A stretch of 64,000 bases of DNA from Eledone cirrhosa. Its lineage: Eukaryota. Positions 56,506 through 64,000 of this stretch are shown here, in pieces. A program made the translations under genes and the position numbers. The notes beneath the pieces are model-generated. The model did no database searches. It saw only the letters and a list, made by a program, of their open reading frames with translations, and was not told where the DNA came from. Position 1 is the first letter of the stretch. Every line of letters begins with the position of its first letter. The DNA lies in contig OZ024745.1 of assembly GCA_964016885.1 (NCBI GenBank), forward strand, positions 112,158,001 to 112,222,000, written 5' to 3'.

Positions 56506-57713
56506 GATAACCAACACCTACATTAAAACTAGGCCTTACTAACATTCCTTTAGTTAACAACTGTCACTATACCCTTATTTCATTTTCATTTTATTTGATT
56601 TATAAAATTACAAACTGATTCTCTCATTACAGATTCAAAATATATTTTTGACCCTCCCCCCTAAAATTAAAACATTTTAAAGGTGTGCCATTGTTCATTT
56701 TCTCTGGATTTACGTCTATTTCAACAAAAATTATAATTACTTTTTATAATTCCAGTCTTTTTGTAAATGTTTCTTTTCTCTTCGCTCGATTAAACCCATT
56801 TTAATTTTTATCTTTACACCTTTTTAAAACTACAATTATAATTTTCATATATAAATAAATGGATTTGTATTTTTTACTATTCCAGCTAAACCCATCCCCT
56901 CAAAAACAACAAAAACAAAACAAAAATAAACATTCAATAATAAAATTCTGTAATACAAGTAGCTGAGTTAATTAAACATTTTTATAATTATAAGTAAATT
57001 TGTTTCCATTCTCAATCTACTCGACGTAAGTTTAACAAGTAATTTAAAGTTCTTAAATATTTTTTACAAGCAATATTTAACCGTTTGAAATAAGTAAACA
57101 ATTTTATGAAAATAAGTACACAATTAAAAAAAAATCACAATTCAAATTTGAAAATCACTTTCCTTTTAGTTTTGTAAACATTGCTGAGATTAGAAAATGA
57201 GAAATCTTTAAAAAATGAAGGTTAATTTCTATACTTTCGTTTTCTTCCGTTATATTTAATTAATTGTTTCTACTTTAGGCACAAGGCCAGCAATTACCCA
57301 GTGCATTACTGGTACTTTATTTTATCGACCCCGTAAGGATGAAAGGCAAAGTCAACCTCGGCGGGATTTTGAACTCAGATCGTAAAGGGACGTAACTATG
57401 CTGGAAAGCAAGGCGTCCGACCCTCTACCGATACTGACAATCCACCTAATGGTGGAATGACTGTTCCAAGGCGTCTCCTTCGACGTCCTCCGGGCTAATG
57501 TCTTCTGCATCCTGTCAGCCGGTACTACGAGGCAGACGGACCCTTAAGTTTCATTTATGGTGGTGGCATGTGGATTAGATTTACTTCCATAAGCAAGATT
57601 AGTAAGAAAGTGGAAACATTTAAACACACAAATAAATACATTCATCATTACTTTAATCAATTGTATTCGAAATTAGATCTTAATCCCACTTCTCCTTCTC
57701 TCCCCCTCCCCCT

Positions 57714-57765
<52 letters not shown>

Positions 57766-58580
57766 GCTCATTATATCACTTATAACTTCACTTCATTTTC
57801 TCCAATCAGTACCCCCAACCTGAATCTTCTCTCAATTTATTTGAACTCTTATATATTACAAAACAGATAAATAACTAAACATACTTGATCATAACTTCAT
57901 TTATTACAATCAATACACCCTGTCTAAACAATAGATCTAGCCTTCTCATCATTCATGATAGATTGCCTACTTCATATGACTGGAACAACACATTCATTTG
58001 ATATCTACTTTACGGTTTTTGTTATAGATTGTTTTGCTATCTTTCTGGGTTTCTGTCTGTCTGCCTGTCTTTTTCTTCACCTTTTTCTTCTTCCCCTTCT
58101 CCCCCCCCCTCCCCCTCTCTCTCTTCCCTCTCCTCTCTCCCTCTCCCTTTCTGTTGATATGTGACTGAAGCAACGTACTTCCTATCTATCTTTAATTTCA
58201 TTCTCTTCGTTATTTAACCTAAACTGACGTACACATACACACAAGCAGTACACAGACACACTTATATGAAAAACACGCACACACACACACACACACACAC
58301 ATACACGCATACTCACACATACAGCCACACTTCCATCAGGGAACGTATTCTCACCGACAAATAAATAAGGAAGCAGACACACGCACATACGAACAGGACA
58401 TTAGCACACGCACGCACTCACACACACACACACACACACACGTACACACACCCTCACACATAATTGAGACTGATGTAAGAATGAGAGAGCGGATGCCGGG
58501 GGGTGAAGAAATGTTGTTTTACATATATTAATGTTTGGTTTACATTTGTTAAAAAACAACACAAATCTAAGTTGTATATA

Positions 58581-58659
58581 CAGGTTGTCCCCGAAAAATG
58601 TGTACATACTTCAACAACATTCTAATAAAAGTGTGTATACATTTTTTGGGGACACCCTG
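58581..58659. mobile_element. 79-bp mariner-type MITE
   Basis: caggttgtccccgaaaaatgtgtaca ... tgtatacattttttggggacaccctg, with TA flanks. Confidence 0.8.
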
Positions 58660-59189
58660 TATGTATGTTTGTACGGATGTGATACACACAATATCAAACA
58701 TTATCAAGCGTGCTCCCTTACTCACACACCCACACGTACGTATAGAGACGCACATACACACACACATTAAAGGATATACATTTCACTTATTACTATTAAA
58801 AGAAAAATTACTTCCTTCAGTCATTTAAATGCTCTGCAGGTCATACTGGGGCACCGTCTTCAAGAGTATCAGCAATTGTAGCGATACCAGTACTTATTTC
58901 AATCTATTACATATTTTATTGCTCTTCATTTGCTGAACCGCTAAGTCACGAGATGAAAGCAAGATCATAGATATGGATACACGCACGCACACACAGATAT
59001 ATCCACACACACACACACACACATATACACTCCAACCATCTCACATAGTCACACACGCACATGCTTAGTGGTTTATTTCTCGGACAACGCACTATACTAT
59101 TGTAAAAAGATGTATCTATGTTGCACAATAAATTCATGCAGAATTATCATAATATTATTTATCAAAATCGCCACAATTTTAATGGATTA

Positions 59190-59860
59190 TATTCCAGAGC
59201 AACAGTGGGTAGCCGTGAAGTACTTTCGTGTAACGTTGATTTAACAGCCACATAAAGACGAAGAGTAGTTTCATTTTCAACAACTAGAGTATATAACAGT
59301 GTGTCTCTCTGACAACCTTATTCAAATCAAAGTATTTCATAACTATAGATAAAATTTGGGTAACTGAAATGTCTGTACTTTCATCAATTACGATAGAAAA
59401 CTTTTGTAGCTTGCAGATAGATATCCGTTATCACCATTTTTTCATGGAAGTCATTTTACTCTGAATGACATACGAAAGTTTTGTTCTTATCATTGATAAT
59501 TTTTCAGCAATCTTACCGCCCGGAAATTTTCTTTTACACACTATCAGAAGAAGATTAATGTTTGCAAAAGGAATATTATGTTCAGTAAAAATAACCAGTA
59601 ATAAGCAGTTAAGTTTTAGTTGTATGTTCACGTCGTTATCGCCATGCATTGATTAATATCAACACTAGATTTAGCCACATCAAAACATGCTTTACTGAAG
59701 TTTTGTGTTTCATTAGCATGGATTTATTTGCATTTCTCAGAGAAATGTTGCAACATCTACAGTAGCTATCATCTTTATTATTTTTTAAATATTTTGTTGA
59801 AGCCAATCCTTAAATTCAGGATATTGCAGTCAGTCTTCCTTGAAAGATTGCACATATAAT
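59190..59860 (-). pseudogene. hAT transposase relic
   Basis: TEHNIPF..FPGGKIAEKLSMIRTK and FSIVIDESTDISVTQILSIV (catalytic D region). Confidence 0.75.
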
Positions 59861-60087
59861 TTCCTTTATTTATTATTTTGTTTTAGTGAAAGTTAGCCTT
59901 TCATTACTCATTATGATAGCACGCAAGTTATAAACAAATGTAACAACGATTAGAAAAATGGGACCACTCATACAGACGTCTTGACGAATGATCAACGCCA
60001 ATAGTAAATGCCGGGGCTGCTAGACACAAAGTAACTACTATACTATAACAGTTCACATATCATAAAAGATTCAGACACGTTTAATTA

Positions 60088-60272
60088 ATTGTTTCTACTT
60101 TAGGCACAAGGCCAGCAATTACCCAGTGTATTACTGGTACTTTATTTTATCGACCCCGTAAGGATGAAAGGCAAAGTCAACCTCGGCGGGATTTGAACTC
60201 AGATCGTAAAGGGACGTAACTATGCTGGAAAGCATGGCGTCCGACCCTCTACCGATACTGCCAATCCACCAC
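60088..60272 (-). mobile_element. Young SINE with 16-bp TSD
   Basis: gacacgtttaattaat occurs at 60075-60090 and 60278-60293. Confidence 0.88.
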
Positions 60273-60517
60273 CCTGGGACACGTTTAATTAATGACTTAT
60301 CAACAACTTATTTGAAGGTAGTTACATTTTTAAAAGTTACTTTAAACATATACATATCCACACTTGTTATTTTCAAGAATGTATCTATTTGTGGCCTGAA
60401 AAACGTTAGTTTATTTTCAGAATATAAACCCAGAAACCTAGATGGCAGGTGAAAACACCAGATCGATTAATGTTTAAAATCAATAGATTTCTTCTATCAA
60501 TGATGTTTCAGTAAATA

Positions 60518-61085
60518 TTCTTCTTGTGTACGAGACAGTAATTACGTGGCACCCCAGCCACTGCAATCAGCTCATGGTAGTGGGATTAAGGTGCTTGAGG
60601 CCTACACTCTTTGGTGGGCAGAGATCCCAGTACTCATTTAGTATATGTTTAGCAGTCTGCTCTGGCGAACTACACTGGCAAGCTGCTGATGGATGCAACC
60701 CTGGGTGGTGCATAGCTACATTGAATCGGCCGACACTTGTATGTAGCTGATTCGGGAATACCCACTCCACTTGAGAGAGGTTTGCACCTGGAGGAGAGGG
60801 CTGTATTGGAGCTGAAAACTCAGTTAGGCAGCTCGTTATGGTGTATGTTATCAGCTAGCTTCCCTACTCCGAAGCATGTTGACATCTGAGTTTCACAGCT
60901 TTGCTGCGTGATGAGAGAAATGGCAGTATGTCGTCAAACGATGTTGGTCCAGTAGCTGAGAATCTTCAGGCGTGTCGCAGGGCGGATGACTTGAGTCTGT
61001 TGAGGCTTTGGTTACCAACCTCGACACTGAAGTGAACCTAAACATCGAGTGCTCACCCGGGTGAACCTACAGTAACTCCAAGTTA
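60518..61085 (-). mobile_element. Vingi/Ingi-like LINE 3' fragment
   Basis: PPGANLSQVEWVFPNQLHTSVGRF..ACQCSSPEQTAKHILNE, with a short GAA tail. Confidence 0.7.
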
Positions 61086-61094
61086 CACTCCATG

Positions 61095-61815
<721 letters not shown>

Positions 61816-62000
61816 TTGCGTAATATTGCCAGAATTAATAACAGAACACACTCACTGTTTGGTTGGTTTTCGCTTCTCGCTGTCTTTTATATATATATAT
61901 CTGCGATCTAACTTACTCGGTCCTCAATGTTGCCATTGACTGACCGGCGGTCAAAAATAATACAGATACAATATAGACAAACACATATATATATAGTTTA

Positions 62001-62040
62001 CATAAATCTTTCGTTGCACATCTGCAACATCGTCAGTGGT
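62001..62040 (-). ncRNA. Minimal type I hammerhead ribozyme in PLE 3' UTR
   Basis: Minus strand reads acCA-CUGACGA-u-GUUGCA gaug UGCAAC-GAAA-gauu-UA-UG. Core intact, 6-bp stem II, weak stem I. Confidence 0.7.
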
Positions 62041-62307
62041 GTTATATTCATTGTTCCTCCTGTTGTGTTGTATGTCTACGCCATTTTTTTTTGTTCAGTC
62101 TGTCTATATATTTATTTATTTATTTGCTTGTTTGTTTATCTTATTTTATTTTGTCTTCTTTGCGCATGCGTTTGCGTGTGTGTATAGTGTTATGTGTGAT
62201 GTGTGACTAGTGTGTATAGTGTTGTCTGCTGGGTGACTAGTGTGTGTTTATGTGCTTGTGTATGTATTTATTTATCTTATTTTATTTAATTTAATTTACT
62301 TATTTAT

Positions 62308-63981
62308 TTATACTTCTCTTAGGTCAGTGTTGTTTGTTTGGGTGTTGTTGTTGTTCCACTCATTCTTTCTGTTTAGCTTTGGTCTTCTAATTTCTATTTC
62401 ACTGGCCTCTCTGATTTGCCTATCTGCTGGGTCATTCCTATGTTTAGATATTATTCTAATTTCTATGTTGTCTATGTTACCGTCATGATGTTGTCTAGCA
62501 TGTTCGTATAGTACTGACCCGTTTTTTCGTCCTTTTAGTTCCCCCCAGTGTTGGTCTATCCTTTCACCTATGCTACGAGCTGTCTCACCTATGTATGTTG
62601 TTGTCGTGTTTCTGCAAGTACCCTCTGTACATCTTATGCTATAGACTACGTTTCTAGTTTTACAGTTTATCCGGGGGTTCACCTTACATATGATACATTT
62701 CCTATTGGTACAGTGGGTTTTCTTAAAAGGGTAGGTTTTGCTGATCAGGGATTTTATGGTGGTTCCTGGCTTTTCTACCACCTTTATTTTTAAGTGGGTC
62801 TTTCTCAGGGCCTTTCTACACTGGTTAGCTAATTTCCCTCCAGGGGTGGCGTCCACAAACATGACACTCTGATATCTCTGGTTGTCGTACCATGATGTGG
62901 CCTTCCCTATCTTATGTCTAGCCCTATCTAAGCTATTCCATGATTTGCTCCTGTATAGTGGGCAAATTCCTTTCATGTCCAGTTCTATGAGGGTCTTATA
63001 CTTTTCCATGGCTCCTTCGTATACTCTGACTCTGTCTCTTTGGTTGTAGCCAGAGAACTGCATGCGGTTGATGAAGTGTTGGATGTGTCCTTCCATTTCT
63101 GTTGGGTCGCACATGCTGGACACATTCTTCATCACTCGTACCAAATCTGCGATCAGAATATTAAACTTAGCACTACTGGACATTGCTGAGTTTTTGAGTA
63201 TCAGGTATTTGGAGGCCATGGGTTTAGCATAGTGTGAGTGGAGAATTTGGGCTCTCTCGTCTATAGTGTTAATCCAGAGTTCTGTGTCTAATACAGGTAG
63301 TCTATTGTTAGGGTGTTTGGAAGGGAAGTCTATAGTTACAGTTATACTCTGGTGTATGGAATTAGCTATCTGCTGGATGCTTTCCATCGTGCTACGTTCT
63401 AAATCAAACTTGTTAGTGCTCTCTAGTGGGGGTGTTCTTATAACTATATTGATATCGTCTACATAACGAGAGTACATGATGAGGTCTATGGAGCTTTCAT
63501 TAAGGAGATCTTTAAGTCTCCTTTCCCACCATACCATGAAAAGGTTGGCAACATCGCCAGCTATGCTGACGCCGATGGCTGCTCCCTCATTTTGGGTGTA
63601 GATTTTCTCATTGAACTTAAATATGTGGCCCTTTAGGGTAGTTTTGATACTAGCCCCTATTGCATGTGCGACCATTTTTCTTACCTGATCAGTGTTTTGG
63701 GGGGTCCGTATAGCTTTGGTCCACCCAATCCACCTTCCTATGGGAGTCTTTTTAGCCATTGAGGTTATGGTGGGGGGTCTACCTCTTATAGGTCTACTAG
63801 GGCAGAAACATCTAAGGTCATGGCTGTCTAGGTAGTCAGTGTCGTAGGTAAGTCTAAGTAGGAGGCCCAGTTCGTCTGTGTCGACGTCGCAGAACTCCAC
63901 CTCACTCTCAATGATCATCTCCACACATCTTTTCACAGCAAAATCAATGTTAATGGATGGGTACAGTGACACCACATCCAT
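62308..63981 (-). CDS. Penelope-like retroelement ORF: reverse transcriptase + Cys-rich linker + C-terminal GIY-YIG endonuclease (continues past window end)
   Basis: 557 aa open frame with RT motifs DVVSLYPSI, GAAIGVSIAGDVANLFM, RYVDD, LPVLD and thumb HYAKPMASKYL. Linker CTNRKCIIC. GIY-YIG as NVVYSIRC...YIGETARS..R...QIREASEI..PKLN. Frame stays open to base 64000. Confidence 0.95.
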   Translation of the reverse strand: MDVVSLYPSINIDFAVKRCVEMIIESEVEFCDVDTDELGLLLRLTYDTDYLDSHDLRCFCPSRPIRGRPPTITSMAKKTPIGRWIGWTKAIRTPQNTDQVRKMVAHAIGASIKTTLKGHIFKFNEKIYTQNEGAAIGVSIAGDVANLFMVWWERRLKDLLNESSIDLIMYSRYVDDINIVIRTPPLESTNKFDLERSTMESIQQIANSIHQSITVTIDFPSKHPNNRLPVLDTELWINTIDERAQILHSHYAKPMASKYLILKNSAMSSSAKFNILIADLVRVMKNVSSMCDPTEMEGHIQHFINRMQFSGYNQRDRVRVYEGAMEKYKTLIELDMKGICPLYRSKSWNSLDRARHKIGKATSWYDNQRYQSVMFVDATPGGKLANQCRKALRKTHLKIKVVEKPGTTIKSLISKTYPFKKTHCTNRKCIICKVNPRINCKTRNVVYSIRCTEGTCRNTTTTYIGETARSIGERIDQHWGELKGRKNGSVLYEHARQHHDGNIDNIEIRIISKHRNDPADRQIREASEIEIRRPKLNRKNEWNNNNTQTNNTDLREV

Positions 63982-64000
63982 GCTGCCTATTATGCAGTTG

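Larger units (their letters stand above)
61817..64000 (-). mobile_element. Penelope-like element (possibly Nematis-like clade), 3' end abutting a (TA)n array
   Basis: ORF above, then an ~490 bp 3' UTR with a hammerhead motif, ending at the interrupted TA array 61098-61815. Clade assignment is tentative. Confidence 0.88.

Noticed and set aside
54640-58010. Similarity between ~54640-54960 and ~57760-58010
   Set aside because: Likely old copies of an unclassified repeat with no distinguishing structure seen.

Overview
AT-rich, microsatellite-dense eukaryotic non-coding DNA, most likely cephalopod/octopus (inferred from the dominant tRNA-derived Deu/Nin-domain SINE and the repeat landscape). No host protein-coding gene can be supported, and nearly all listed ORFs are microsatellite artefacts. 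Real coding signal comes only from mobile elements: an uninterrupted Penelope-like (PLE) RT + GIY-YIG ORF running off the right edge, decayed PLEs of other families, and relics of CR1, RTE, Tx1/L1, Vingi, RLE-type LINEs, hAT and mariner. There are also three MITEs and more than 25 SINEs. The main discovery is a (TA)n-anchored system of short PLE-derived termini. About 15 minimal type I hammerhead ribozyme (HHR) motifs from several sequence families, some of them decayed, can be folded by eye. Many sit in fold-back inverted repeats that place one ribozyme on each strand, and one such unit is demonstrably the 3' end of the PLE at 47.4-49.3 kb.
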